Notes under the pieces: generated by a model
What the model was told of the DNA's origin: nothing
The model's database searches: none
Seen by the model: the letters and a program-made list of their open reading frames with translations, nothing else
DNA from: Octopus sinensis
Lineage: Eukaryota
Assembly (NCBI RefSeq): GCF_006345805.1
Contig: NC_043005.1
Location: 56,358,001-56,422,000 of the forward strand
Direction of reading: 5' to 3'
DNA: 64,000 nt
Translations under genes and position numbers: made by a program
In this document: piece after piece, positions 25,344 through 38,925 of the stretch
Numbering within the stretch: the first letter of the stretch is position 1
How the letters are laid out: each line of letters opens with the position of its first letter

Positions 25344-27325
25344 ATCTTTTGGTCTGTTTATGAAATGCAAAACCTACATTATTTTAGATTACGTTTTTTA
25401 CAAAATCACTTTTGAATTTTCTTATGAATGGTATAGTTTTACAAATTTAAAAACTTCCATATTAAAGCTATTGCTTTTAATTATTTTTGTTTGAATAGGC
25501 TTACAATACAAAGTCAGGTGATCTATTCCATCTATATTGTGAGACATATTCCATTTAAATTTAGGACTCATAATATATGCCCTTCTCACCAGGGTGTTTT
25601 TAAGGACAACAAAAGATATTTTTTTTTGTGGGAGATTTTGCTACATGAAAAAGATTGAGTGATTATTGTGCAGCTCCTTTGTTTATTTCCATATAAATCG
25701 AAGGAGCTGTTTTTACTATCCAATGCCTTACCTATTCCTAACCACTTAGCCATAATACTTCCTTTTTTTACAATTTGGAAGACTCGGGTAAATAATGTTA
25801 AATATTTTGCCTTATTGTAGAATACAATGCTTATAGCAAGGTTTAAACTTGTTACTTTGTGATTAATATTTCAGTGCCTTAATCTTGTATCCACTCAGCT
25901 TTTATGGGTTTTAACAGAAAATATAAAATGTACTCAATATTTTTCAGCCAGAGAATTAATTTCTTATACATTTATTAACATACTGACCAGATATAATCTG
26001 ATATAAAATTTACTTCTTGTGTCCTTCCATATTTGGCTAAATTTTTAAATATTTTCTTTACTTCCATAATAAAAAAAAAAAATCTGAACTCCAATCAACA
26101 CGCATTTAATGTTAGTTCAAAACTACAACTTGGTTTTTTTTTTATTTTTTAATTCAAATTTTAAATGTTAACCCTGTATATCTGTCATTTATTAAAGTAT
26201 CATTTTCATAATTTGATCTCGATGGATTCACATTTGAACATTTGTATTAATTGCCATGTTTGTTGTTGTTTTTTTCCTTTTTTTCTTTCCTTATTATTTC
26301 CTATCCAACTATTCATATTTTCTCTCTTTAATTATGTTTTGTTTATGAAATGTTTTGTTATGAAAAATAAATTGATAGTTTCAAACATCTTATACCTGCT
26401 TCATATTTTTATTTATAAGTACATTTCCAGTTTTTTTTTTTAAATCAAGCATTTCATACCTTTACTGTGTTATAGCTTATTTAGTATTTATCTTCTTGAG
26501 GGAAGATTGAAGACTTTGGTATTATGATGTAGTTCCACAAAGGATATGCTTGAAGAGTTTCTTTATTAGTACCACACAGGTGAATTGAACCTAGGATCTT
26601 GTGGTTGTGAGAAGAATTTCTTAACCATTTGGCCATCCTGCATCCACATTCTACTGCTAGTGGTACATAAGAAGCACACAGTACAATCTGTAAAGTGCTT
26701 GGCATTAGGAAGGGCATCCAGCTGCAGAAAGCAAGTCACAACAGACTATTGGAGTCTGGACAGTTTCCTGACTGTGCAGCTCCTGTCAAACCGTCCAACC
26801 CATGCCAACATGGAAAACATGTTAAACTATGGTAATGAAATTATAAGAAAAGAAAACCTTATTACAGACATAGTTTCATGTTCAGCCCCATGGCACAGCA
26901 TCTTGAGCAAATTTCTACAACAGAACTGGGATGATCATTGCCTTGTGAGTGAATCTGTTAGATGGAGCCTGTGAAAATGTATGTGTGTGTGGTGTGTGTC
27001 CATGCATGTTTGTATTTGTCTCTAACTACTTGACAGTCAGTGTTGGTTTGTTTATATCTTCGTAACTTAGTGATTTGACAAAAAGAAACCATGAGAATAA
27101 GTAACAGACGTAAAAATAAGTACTGTGATCAATTCGATCAACTAAATCCTTTAAGGCAGTGTCCCAGTATGGCTGCAAGCTAATTACTGAAACAATTAAA
27201 ATAAATTACAGAATTGTTCTGTAGGTGTTTTCTGAGGTAAATTATATAACCACACATAAAAAAAAAACAAATTAGAGAATTGTTTCTAAAAAATATTTTT
27301 ATATACAAAGATGAAGAATGATGTC

Positions 27326-27392
27326 CTAAACTGTTCCTTGCTGTTTTAATCTGTGTTTGAAGGTAACATCTGCTTTGTTTCTGATACCATAC
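27326..27392 (-). CDS. SNRNP25: SNRNP25 last coding exon
   Basis: ttgtag|G TAT...GTT TAG. YGIRNKADVTFKHRLKQQGTV* resembles YGIRNRDEVSFIKKLRQK. The five exons total 495 nt = 164 aa + stop. Confidence 0.94.
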
Positions 27393-29203
27393 CTACAAAA
27401 TAAAGAACATTCTAACAATAATAAAAGTTAGAATTCCCATATTTCTACAAGAAACCCTACATGAAGCAATTAAAAATTTGTTTGCTTTTATTATTTTTTT
27501 CTTCTTACAGTTTAGATGGAGGATGAATGACAGTACACCAAACCCTTTTCTGGACACTGAGTTTAGTGACTAACAGAAGGATGGAAGTTATCTTCAGACC
27601 AGGCATGGACTTAGCTGTGTGGTTCCAGGTTCAGTCCCACTGCATGGCACCTTGGGCAAGTGTCATCTACTATAGCCTCAGGCCTACCAAGGCTTTGTGA
27701 ATGGATTTGGTAGATGGAAACTGAAAGAAACCCATCATATGTATGTGTGTGTGTGTATCCCACCACTGCTTGACAACTAGTGTTGGCTTGTTTAGATCCC
27801 CATAACTTAGCAGTTTGATAAAAGAAACCGATAGAATAAGTACCAGGCTTAAAAAAGAGAAAACAGAAAAAGTACTGGGGTCGATTTATTTGGCTAAAAA
27901 CTCTTCAAGATAGTGCCCCAGCATGACCACAGTCTGATGACTGAAACATGTAAAAGATAAAGAACCACAAGGTTCTATGTAGTTTCTCTCAACCAAATTA
28001 CATGCAGAATATTTTGATCATCTTGATCAGTGGTTCCTAAAGAGGGTGGTAGAAAGATCAAGAGAGACGTTGAAGAAAAGTGGAGCATTAATAGGGTGGC
28101 CAAAAAGGGGCGATGGATGTGATCCCCAACCCCACAAAATAACGGGTTAATTACGTTAAGTTTTATTTGTGAAATACTTTTGTAAGAATACTAATGTAAG
28201 ATTACTTCACTTGATAAAAAATTAATGTTTCCCCAGGGTGCAGTGTTTTCACCTTAATTGAATAGAGCAACAGAGACAAACAGCATTTCATATACTATCT
28301 CAATATAGTTTACATGAATGTAAGGTGGGTGAGCCGGCAGAATTGTTAGCACACCATGCAAAATGCTTAGTGACATTTCATCTCTCCTCATGTTCTGAGT
28401 TCAGATTGTAAGGACAGGGACAATAAAATAAGTACCACTTGAGCACTGGGGTTGATGTAACTGACTTACCCTCACCCCCAAAATTTGAAACCAGTATAGT
28501 TTACATGAATAATCAATCCTACAAAAGGAGAGACTGACAGAAATATTTACCTGACCTTTGAGAAGGGTAGGCCAATCGATTGACAATTCATTTATCCCAA
28601 AGCTACAACTGTTCCAATTCATACAAATTAAAATGTCCACTGCACCCCCATGTCATACACAGTATATTAATTTTTAAATTTAAAAAAAACATCTAAAATT
28701 TTGAAGAAAAAAGAAACAAGCTGTTTCTACAACTTTGTATTCTTTTATTCATTTCAGTCATGCTAAGTACCATCTTTAGTCAAACGAATTAACCCCAGGA
28801 CTTATTCTTTGTAAGCCTAGTACTTATTCTATCGGTCTCTTTCGTCAAACTGCTAAGTTAGGGGCACATAAACACACCAAAATCGTTTGTTAAGCAATAG
28901 TTGGGGGACAAGCACAGACAAACAAACATATGCATATATGTGACCTTTGTGACACAAATTAGAAACATTTCCAATCTGGCCAGCTTCCAAGAAAATTATG
29001 CTGACCCTTACATAAACTGTATGCAGTCATACCTCATTTTCAGTATATATGTCTCACTACTGCAAGTTTGATTCTGATACATCATAACCAACTTTTCCCT
29101 TTCAATTACTATAAGTTCCCTATTTTTACTGTCTGTATTTCACTGCCACACAACATTACACATATACTTCAAACTACTTCAAAATGAAATAATGACAACT
29201 TAC

Positions 29204-29278
29204 TCTTTCAAAGGTTTACTGTCATCTGACAATTTCTGTCCATCAAAATACAGCCAATATCTTTTCCAAATGTATCGC
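29204..29278 (-). CDS. SNRNP25: SNRNP25 coding exon 4
   Basis: atgcag|G CGA...AAA GA|gtaagt. RYIWKRYWLYFDGQKLSDDSKPLKE. Confidence 0.94.
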
Positions 29279-31308
29279 CTGCATAAGTTAAAAATGTAAT
29301 CCAGATATAGCATCAATACAAGTCATGTATTTCAAAATACAATCCATAAGCTAACAAGATGAGATATAAAAATTGATAGAAGAGTGCAGGCTTAGTTATA
29401 TATTCAAGAAGTTGATTTTGCAATCATGTGCTTCTTTGGTTGGTGCCACTGTGCAGTAACTTGGGCAATATCTTCTTCCATAACTTCAGAGATTGAACAA
29501 TACCTTGTGAATGGAATATGGTCACCAGAAGTTGCTGGAGATCCGTGCGTGTGTGCGCGTGCATGCATGCATGTATGTTCGTCCACTCTGCTAGGTGGTT
29601 GGTATTAGGAAAGGACATCCAGTTGTAAAAACCATGTCAAAACAGACACAGAAGTTTGGTGCAGGCTTCTGCCTGACCAGCTCCAGTCAAATCATCCAAC
29701 CCATGCCAGCATGGAAGGCAAATGTTAAATGATAATGATGATATACATAATACAATACACTTCCTATTTCCAATCATCTGTCATACTATTTTGACTCAGT
29801 ACACTTACCTACACATCCACCTTTTCCCCTCTTTTATCCTATTCTGTCTCCTATTCACTTTGTACCTGGACCTCACAGCTCTTTTCCAACCCATGTCAGC
29901 ATGGAAAAAAGTATGTTAAATAAAGATGATATATACATCTATAAAATCATAATCTTAATTTATATAAATTTTCCATGTTGGCAAGGGTTGGGCAGGTTGT
30001 CACAGTCTAAGCCAGTTCTTATTCTAAGCTACTACCCTTTTTACACAGGTTACAAGACCACCAGATATCAATACATATACACATGTGTATGTATTTGTTT
30101 TCATTTTCTGTAATACATTTCGTCTATCTAAGAGGGATATATATCTATTATGTTTTTTAATGGTTTCGTCTGAAGGAAAAGGCTATGTTCAAGCCCTCCA
30201 ACAGAGGTGAAATTCATATAGCTAATGTTCTTGAACAACTTCATGTTGATAACTGCAGGAAAAATCATTGGCAGGGAGGGAATTCCTCTGGGGAGGAGGA
30301 AGTTAGCATATCGTGGTTAGTGTGAAACCTAGGTGGTAAGATACAATATGGGTGACAAGAGAAGGAGGGAGAAGTAAGTCAGGTGAGGCTGGATAGAGGT
30401 GACACAAGGAGCAGAAGTAAAAGGAATAGCAGGAGGCAAAGAAAAGAGACAGTACGTCTACATGTCAGATGTCGGAGAGGGTTGGTGAGCAATTCCATGC
30501 CAATCAGTTAGATGTCATTGTCAAAATACTCACCTTCTAAGCCTACAGAAAGCCATCTTAGTAAGGTCGAGTCTTTACCTAATATGTGGAAGCATGTGGT
30601 TTAGTGGTTAGGGTGTTGGACTCATGATTGTAAGTTTGTGATTTCGATTCCTGGACCAAGCAACATGTTATGTTCTTAAGCAAAACGCATCATTTCACGT
30701 TGCTCCAGTCCACTCAGCTGGTAAAAGTGATTAATCTTGAAATGGACCAGTGTCTTCTCCAGGTGTTGAACTTATGCACCATGGAAACCAAAAAACTGGA
30801 CCTTATGATTCAGCATGACAAAAGAAGGAAATCTTTAACCTACCTAATATTATATAATCACATGCAGATATAAACAACAACCTTGTGATCTGCTAATACT
30901 GTGCACTGTCTCCTCTCTCTACCTTTTCTACCATTACTATAAAGGCCTCTGCTCCTTGAAACAGTCTGGTTTCAAACCACATTCATTCAGGTACTCTAAA
31001 CTCTCTCATCTTGCTTCTCATTATACACAATAACATAATATCCACACTCCCCACCACCAACGCCATGCCTAACCTCTTCTTCCCAGAATGTTAATTTTAT
31101 GGAATTCTCTCCTTGTAGGTGCCTTTCTTACAGTCATCAATTCGCAACAGTATAAGTCGAATTTTAAAGGCATCAATTTCCACAGTCTCAAAGAAACTGT
31201 ATAAACCAAACTAGTAAAAAAGCCAATTACAAGCCCACACTCTAGTCTGCAGACCAGCTAATGTTATATAGTTATATAATTACATTTACAAGGATCCGGT
31301 CCACTTAC

Positions 31309-31414
31309 CAGCTGATGTGTTCAGGGCCATTCTGTCTTGCTTGCTTCAATTGTACATATCTTTTGATGGCATGTTTCAGATCTAACACTGTGGCATCCTG
31401 TACAACCACAACAC
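31309..31414 (-). CDS. SNRNP25: SNRNP25 coding exon 3
   Basis: tgttag|GT...AGC TG|gtaagt. VVVVQDATVLDLKHAIKRYVQLKQARQNGPEHISW resembles human VVVVQSATVLDLKKAIQRYVQLKQEREGGIQHISW. Confidence 0.96.
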
Positions 31415-31875
31415 CTAACAGAAGAAATTTTAAACAGATACAAAACTAAATTTTAGGCAACAAGTAATCTGTGGTATTTGTGAATGAACAACTTGAAATA
31501 TTTAACCTTTTGATGTTATCCTTAAAAAAAATGATGTGCATGCAAATCTAAACAAAGGCTTTTTTCATGATGTACAAATCTATTTTCTATATCTTATGTG
31601 AGAAGTATAGTTGACACCAGTAAGTATGCATGCACATGTGTGAACGAATGTATATATATAAATATATATTGTTGATGCCTGTCATGTTCACAGAAGATGT
31701 GGGTTTGAGTCCTATGGGCTGCTTTTGACTTCTCTATCCAAAAGGATTTTTAATCCATCATTTACATGCAGCTAGCTTTATTTGCTTTGAGCTTCACCAT
31801 TCCAAACAAGAATTATATGTACTGTACCATGCAGTACTGTAATGTCATTTGATCAACAGAAAGCTTAGAACTTAC

Positions 31876-31999
31876 GCATAACCTCTCCATCAGCTCGACA
31901 GACATTTATTAACATGGCTTGCCCATATTCAAGAGCTATCTGGGATTTGACCTCTTCAGCTGTAACCTCTGAGGGAAGATCTTCAAGAAGTGGGTCTGT
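31876..31999 (-). CDS. SNRNP25: SNRNP25 coding exon 2
   Basis: ttccag|ACA...ATG C|gtaagt. TDPLLEDLPSEVTAEEVKSQIALEYGQAMLINVCRADGEVM resembles human QDPLLCDLPIQVTLEEVNSQIALEYGQAM. Confidence 0.96.
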
Positions 32000-33292
32000 C
32001 TGGAATTAAAAACAGAAAGAAATTAAAATATTATATAGTCACTACCTCCAAATAACTATTCTCTGGGTTTCAGATTTGCAAGGGAGTGAGGAATGAGAAA
32101 GTGTGACTTTCGGAATAATTTAGAGAGTCTTAATGTGAAATGAAAAATGAGTATCAAATCCTTGATTACAAGTTTAACTCACAAACATACATCTGTTATT
32201 TTTCCATGCTATTTACAAATAGTAAATATGTAAACCCAATGACTGTGAAAGTAGGTTGTATCACCTGATCATAAAGCTAAATCTTATTGCAGCCATTATA
32301 GATGTTACTGAGCAAGGGACACAACTCTGTTGGCTTGACTGACAAAAACAAGTTGTACTAATACTCTACAGTTGAACCATCAGCAATTGAAAAGTAATGA
32401 AGCTATAAAAAACATCCTGCCTCACCATTGAAAAATAGATGTAAAATCATCATCATTTAACGTCCATTCTCCATGCTGGCATGGGTTGGATGGTTTGACC
32501 AGAGCTGGTAAGCGGGAGAGCTGCACCAAGTTCTCGTTTGATTTGGCTTGGTTTCTATGGCTTCATGCTCTTCCTAAGACCAACCACTATACAGAGTGTG
32601 CTGGGTGCTTTTTACGTGGCCTGGCACAAGTTCTTTTCACATGGCCCAGCATGGGTGCTTCTTATATGGCACCAGCATGGATGCTCTAACAAGGCAAAAG
32701 TCCCCTCAGCTGGGAGGGGATCATTAACAATTCTGCTGACTGCGCGAAACCTTACTTAAAATGATAATTAAAAAATAATAAAAATCAACTACTCCTTGAG
32801 ATTTAATATTACCTGATTAATGTAAGTTCAAAATATAGAGAACAATCAAAATGGTAGCATCTTAATGTTTCTGTTATTTTAATAGTTATGAAATTGTAGT
32901 TATGATACCTGTGCCAGTGGCACATAAAAAGCACCATCCGAACGTGGTTGATGCCAGCGCCGCCTAAACTGGCATCCGTGACACGTAAAAAGCACCAACC
33001 GAGTGTGGTCATTTGCCAGCCTCCTCTGGCCCCTGTGCCAGTGGCACGTAAATAGCACCCACTACACTCACGGAATGGTTGGCATTAGGAAGGGCATCCA
33101 GCTGTAGACACACTGCCAGATCAGACTGGAACCTGGCACAGCCTCCTGGCTTCCCAGACCCCGGTCGAACCGTCCAACCCATGCTAGCATGGAAAACGGA
33201 CGTTAAACGATGATGATGGGACTGTATGTAAAACTTTGCAGCAACAGGAAAATATAAAAATACTATACAAAACATTTATAAACTTCACTCAC

Positions 33293-33415
33293 ACATATTA
33301 ACTCTGAGAGAACCTTCCTTGCTTTCGCCATGGCATCCTGATGGGTAAGTTCTTGAACAGATGGTGTGGCAGAGGAATCGGAATCAGAAGGACTTTCATT
33401 ACACACAGAAGTCAT
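33293..33415 (-). CDS. SNRNP25: SNRNP25 (U11/U12 snRNP 25 kDa) coding exon 1
   Basis: ATG at 33415; MTSVCNESPSDSDSSATPSVQELTHQDAMAKARKVLSELIC|gtgagt, phase 0. An acceptor (ttgatttcag) at 33431-33432 implies an upstream UTR exon. Confidence 0.85.
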
Positions 33416-34297
33416 TCTTTCAGTTTTGAACTGAAATCAAGGGTCATAAAATGCCAATTAAATAATACAGAACGATAATATTGCTTACATATGATGATGA
33501 TGTACAAGATATATATAGCTTAAGATTTAGATATTAATGAATACTACATGTGAAGATGTCAACTTCGTAGGTAAGAGATATGAGTCGAGCTGAAAATAAA
33601 ATTTGAGGATTATAGACGTTTATTAAAAATGTAAAAGGAAAAATTACAAAACAAAAAAAAAAGGAATAAAAATCGGTTCCGACGTAGATTCATCGAGAAT
33701 TCATCTCCATTCTTCGGCACTGGCCACAATGAAGATCGTTATAGAAAATTAATGAATGTTTAGAAAATGTAAAGATATACATAGATACACAGACATTTCA
33801 AATGAAGTTGGTACATAAAAGTTAAAACTTTGAGATGCTTCTTTTAAAGCACATCTGTAGTTTAGACAATTAAATTCACAGTGAATTTACAATAAAATAT
33901 GCTATTTAACTGAGTTAAAATTACCTTAAACTACAGCTTTTTGCCGCTCTGATAAAAAGATAATTAAAAAATATCGTAGATATAATAGACCTGAAATTGA
34001 TGATTTTGTTTATATAATTATATTTGTTATTATAAATTAAAATACTTAAGGAATATGAAAGAAGACTGTTCACCTTTCAGCCACTTTCGGAGTTTTTCAT
34101 TTAATCAACATTATCAAAAAAAACAAAGGTTGATCAAAAGTGTTTGATTGGCGACATCATTTTCGATTCGCCTTAATAGAACAGAGCTATAATTATCTAA
34201 TTTTTTTTCTTTCTAATAATTAGTTAAATTAATACTTTACATAAATTTTATTTCTAAAATTAACCTATTTTTAAAACATTATATTTTATATATTTAC

Positions 34298-34411
34298 CGT
34301 ATTTTATGAGAGACGATACTATACACTTAGAAACGAAACCCTATTAATTTCTCCTGCGCAATATTTTCATGCAACCTTTATTATGACCACAGTACACATC
34401 CAATGTAAACC
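34298..34411. promoter_or_regulatory. Putative compact bidirectional promoter / 5' ends shared by SNRNP25 and POLR3K
   Basis: Lies between the divergent start codons (33415 and 34412). A minus-strand donor acg|gtaaat at 34297 could close a SNRNP25 UTR exon. CCAAT at 34400-34404 and TGCGCA at about 34355. Confidence 0.55.
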
Positions 34412-34522
34412 ATGCTTGTTTTCTGTCCTGTCTGTGCTAATGTTTTGGTCGTGGAAGAAGGACCCAACTGTTATCGGTTTGGTTGTCACACATGCCCTTA
34501 CATACAGAACATTACACGAATG
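34412..34522 (+). CDS. POLR3K: POLR3K (RPC11/RPC10, RNA polymerase III subunit) exon 1
   Basis: MLVFCPVCANVLVVEEGPNCYRFGCHTCPYIQNITRM|gtatac. N-terminal Zn ribbon CxxC...CxxC. Confidence 0.96.
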
Positions 34523-36310
34523 GTATACTATACGATTCATTTATATCTTTTGTTATATTTTTACTTTCTTATGTTTTACGGTATGATTCGTTGAACATTA
34601 GTTAAACCGAATCTTTTGATATATTCCCTAAGCAATATTAATAATTGGGTGCAGTAAGAAAATAGCGACAGGTAAATTGAATTCATTTGTAATTAGATGA
34701 AAAACATCGACAATTGAATCATGTACAATAAACCCATATTTGAGTACCGGCGTCAAAGAAACACTTATTTTAGCGAACAAACGAGGGAACCTTTACGTAG
34801 TCACTCGTACTTGTATAAATATACATAAGCACAACACAGATGTATGTACATGTCTGTGGCATTCTTTCGCTATAGATATTTTATCTGTCATTCCTTCCCA
34901 GCTGTTTTGATGGCATGTTCGGTAAAATCCGTAAAAAGATTTTTAATGTATTTATTTTTTGTTTTGATATACCACACACGCTTTCATGTTCAAGACCGAC
35001 TCTCATTCTCTTGATAGTTACCGATACACTCACACACGTACAGTCATTCACACACTGCATTCTTTCGATATAGAAACCAAACTGCCTTCAAATATGTTGT
35101 GGCTTAATATCTACCAAACCATTGTATAAGCGCATGTTTCGAAATAAGCATCACCACCTAACGGGTCATAACTTTTTATCTTGGTTTTTGGGCGGAGGTA
35201 AAGGACATGGACCGCACCCCTTTCGGTTATTTTTTGTGGGGTGGGTTACAGAAACCTACCTTTTCGACTGCGGAGATTCCGAATCAGCAAAAAACAATGC
35301 GGCATTTCAAATTTTTGAAAAAGTGGGTTTCTGTTGGAAAAAAAACGAGATATGAATCTGTCATAGAACAGTGAGTGCCACAGCGTCATTTGTTACCTCA
35401 CTTCACAGAGGCCCACATACTCTCCACTTGTTGAGTGTGGGTACCATCTTTCGGGTAAACAAACCCAACACTGTGGTTCACCATTCTAAGTTCAAAATTC
35501 TAGCCATCAGTTTCAGGAATGTAAGAGTACGTCTTCCACAAATTCCAGAAAATTGTGGTTTCTGGAATAATGGAGTAACGTATGCATTCTTCCAGTGTGT
35601 CACAATTATAACATAGCACAGCATACAGAAAAGCCTGTCTGGTCTCGCAACACATTCCTCTGAAAACCCACAACACAGTATCCTCCTTTGTTTTCAATTT
35701 TTCCATCATAGAAACGAAGTTACTACAGCTTGCTGCCATATCATCATCATTATCGTTTAACATCCGCCTTCCATGCTAGCATGGGTTGGACGATGTGACT
35801 GAGGACTGGCGAACCAGATGGCTGCACCGGGCTCCAATCTTGATCTGGCAGAGTTTCTACAGCTGGATGCCCTTCCTAATGCCAACCACTCTGAGAGTGT
35901 GGGCTGCCATAATCACACAATAATCAACACAAGCTTCCTTGGAGATAAAAGACTTTTCAAAGACTGTGTCTATGGCAACAGGCAAAAGAGTTCTCATGTT
36001 CTGCTTGTTACTATCAATACAGACATGAATATGTCTGTGGCTTACAACTGGCTAAAATTACCAAAATTTTCAAACTTTAATTTACTAATAACTCTTTATT
36101 TATTGATTTATAGCGAAATTACTTTCACGTCATGAATTAGCCTATAAAAGTGTGTTATTTCACTGAATATGAAATCAATTCAAGCAGAATTGATACTGGC
36201 AGCCCAACAGAAAAGATCGTGTATTTCTTGTACATGTCTTCACATTCAGTTTTTTTTTCTTATTTTTGTTTTTGAATTGTTTGATCATTGAATTGATTAA
36301 TATACATATA

Positions 36311-36848
36311 TATAGGGAGAGTTTACGATAAAAACAAAAGACGAAGACAGGTGGGGTACAAAACAAACAGATGTATTAGTATAATGCTCAGGAATAGAAT
36401 AAGTCTTTTACGTTTTGAGCCTACGCTCTTCTACAGAAAGTGACACAGAAAAAACAAGGAGAGAAAAGATGTGTGTAGTAGCTAACAATCTATCATGGCG
36501 ACATGATACATATATCATCATCATCATATATATATGTAAATATAAATAAGATTGGGTATTATTGTTATATTTATAATTATAATGATACAAACTACTGCAC
36601 TGATCCTCCCTTCTAAACACATAATATGTATGTACATACGATTATGGTTGAGCAGATCGCCATAATAGATCGTTAGCCACAACACACATTTTTTTCTCTC
36701 CTTGTTTTTTCTGTGTCCCTTTCTGTAGAAGAGTATAGGCTCTAAAGGTAAAAGACTTTTTCTATTCTTGAGCGTTATACTAATACATCTGTTTGTTTTG
36801 TACCCCACCTGTCTTCCTCTTTTGTTTTTTTCGTAAACTCTCCCTATA
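36311..36848. mobile_element. MITE with about 190-bp terminal inverted repeats in POLR3K intron 1
   Basis: tatagggagagtttacga...tcatggcga (36311-36501) is the inverse of tcgccataat...tcgtaaactctccctata (36657-36848). TA-rich flanks. Confidence 0.9.
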
Positions 36849-36995
36849 TATATATATATATAAATTCCTCGTGTATGCAGTTTCGTTCTTACATAACTGA
36901 AATAACTTTAAGATATATTGATTATATAAATTAAAATATTACCACCTATTGATCCCCTCCATTTTCTTATTGCTCTCTTTCTCTCTCGCTCTCTT

Positions 36996-37035
<40 letters not shown>

Positions 37036-37299
37036 CATATACATTCATCATCATCAATTAATGTTTATTTTCCATGCTGGCATAGGTTGGATGTCTTGAC
37101 AGGAACTGGCTAAGTCAGGAGCTGCACTAAGTCCCATAGTCTGCTTTGGTTCGGTTTCCTCAGTTGGATGCCCTTGTTAGCACCAACCACTTTACAAAAT
37201 GTACTGGGTGCTTTTTACTTGGCATCAGCACCCACACTAATCTTTATTTTTTTTTTTTTACGTGGCACCTTGGTTTTAGGATCTCAATTCTCTTGTGGT

Positions 37300-37730
37300 G
37301 GGCAGGTCTTCTTAAGTACAGCAATATACCACATATCTCAGTCCTCTGCCAGCTTCTTCGTAAAGCCCAGTGTTTTGAGATCAGCCTTCAGTACTTCATC
37401 CCGTCTTCCTTTGTCTTCCTCTTCCACTATGCCCCTCCACATTAAGTGATCAACACTTCTGTATGCAACTGTCCTCATTGATCCACATCATGTAACCAAA
37501 CCAGTGCAGTCTCCTCTCTTGCACACTGCATACAATTCCCCTTATGCCTCACTTTTCTTTCATTACACTTGTGCTCTGTCACACATGTACACTAACATTT
37601 CACATCCAGTGGAGCATACCAGCTTCATTCCTGCCTTCACATGTCTCATACATTCAGGGCCCATGTCTCACTACCATTTAGCATTGCAGTTCATACATGT
37701 GCATCATACACTCTTCCTTTCACTCAGAAA
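37300..37730 (-). mobile_element. RTE-clade LINE C-terminal remnant
   Basis: Minus-strand KGRVYDAHV*TAMLNGSETWAL..., with frameshifted RRLHWFG and EVLKADLKTLGFTKKLAEDxDMW. Confidence 0.7.
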
Positions 37731-38889
37731 GAGATAGAGAGACACTTGGTTGCCAACAGAGATAAAAGCTCTCTGAACTTTCTCCATCCTTCTCTGTCTG
37801 TCTGTTTGTCTATTGCTTTCTATCTATCTTTTTGTCTATTTGTCTATCTGTATTTTTATTTATCTTTTTGTGTCTGTCTATTTTTGATCTCTCCTCCCTC
37901 TCTCTCCACCTCCCTCCCCCTCTCTCTATTTATATATATTTCTGGCTGTCTATTTGCTTATCTATCTATCTATGTCTATCTATCTGTCTATCTATCTATC
38001 TATCTATCCATGCACACACACACACACATATATACGTTAAACCCCTACCATTTCTGTCTTTGCTAAACTCACTCCGCTTGATAACTATCTAATTGTACCA
38101 TGTATAATTTATCAGATCCGGTTTCTCAGTTTTTGTGGTTTTTGTTTCTCACCACCCCCATTGATTTCTTTGGACACTTTTCTACTGTGGCATTTGTTGT
38201 TCATCCACAACAGCTGTGTGCTCTGGTTGTCTTGTGTGGTATTTGTTGCTAACCTCCAGGCCCTTTTCATTTTTTCCATCAATAGCTTGTTTCCAGGCAA
38301 CACGGAAATTGTTTAGTCAACCTGAGAAAAAATGTCAAGGATGTATATGTTGGTTTTGACCTGCCAAGGCTGGAGAGGACATGCTTGTATATATGATGGA
38401 AGAATGTGGCAAAGCACGTTGAGAGTGTACCTGCTCGAGTGAGAACATAAAAGTCTCATAAAGAGATCAGTGGTGGAATGTGGTTTGTGGGGTCACACCT
38501 GTCCCTCACTCTGTCATTGTTATATCATCCATTATTCATATATATATACTATCATAAGTTTTTAATTAATGTTTATCATTTTGTTATTCTATCTGAATCC
38601 CCCAACCCCTTGTCTGTCCCCTGTATCAACCCTTTGTGGTTAATAAAGATCCAATACTCTAGTGAATTTTATCACAGCATAGAAAAGAATTGCCTGCAAA
38701 AGGATACAAGAAATTGTTTAGCATCACTCTGTAGTTATCAAGAAAGATGTGGCTGTTATGTAAGAAGCATGCTTCACAACCACATAGTTCCAGGTTCAGT
38801 AAGCAAGTGTCTTCTACTATAGCCTCAGGCCAACCAAAGCCTTGAGTAGATTTGGTAGACAGAAACTGTATGAAGCCCATCATGTGTAC

Positions 38890-38925
<36 letters not shown>

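Noticed and set aside
34523-34594. Extension of POLR3K exon 1 to the ORF stop (VYYTIHLYLL...)
   Set aside because: Intron read-through. Splicing at 34522 gives exactly 108 aa colinear with known RPC11; the later gtatga donor is out of phase.
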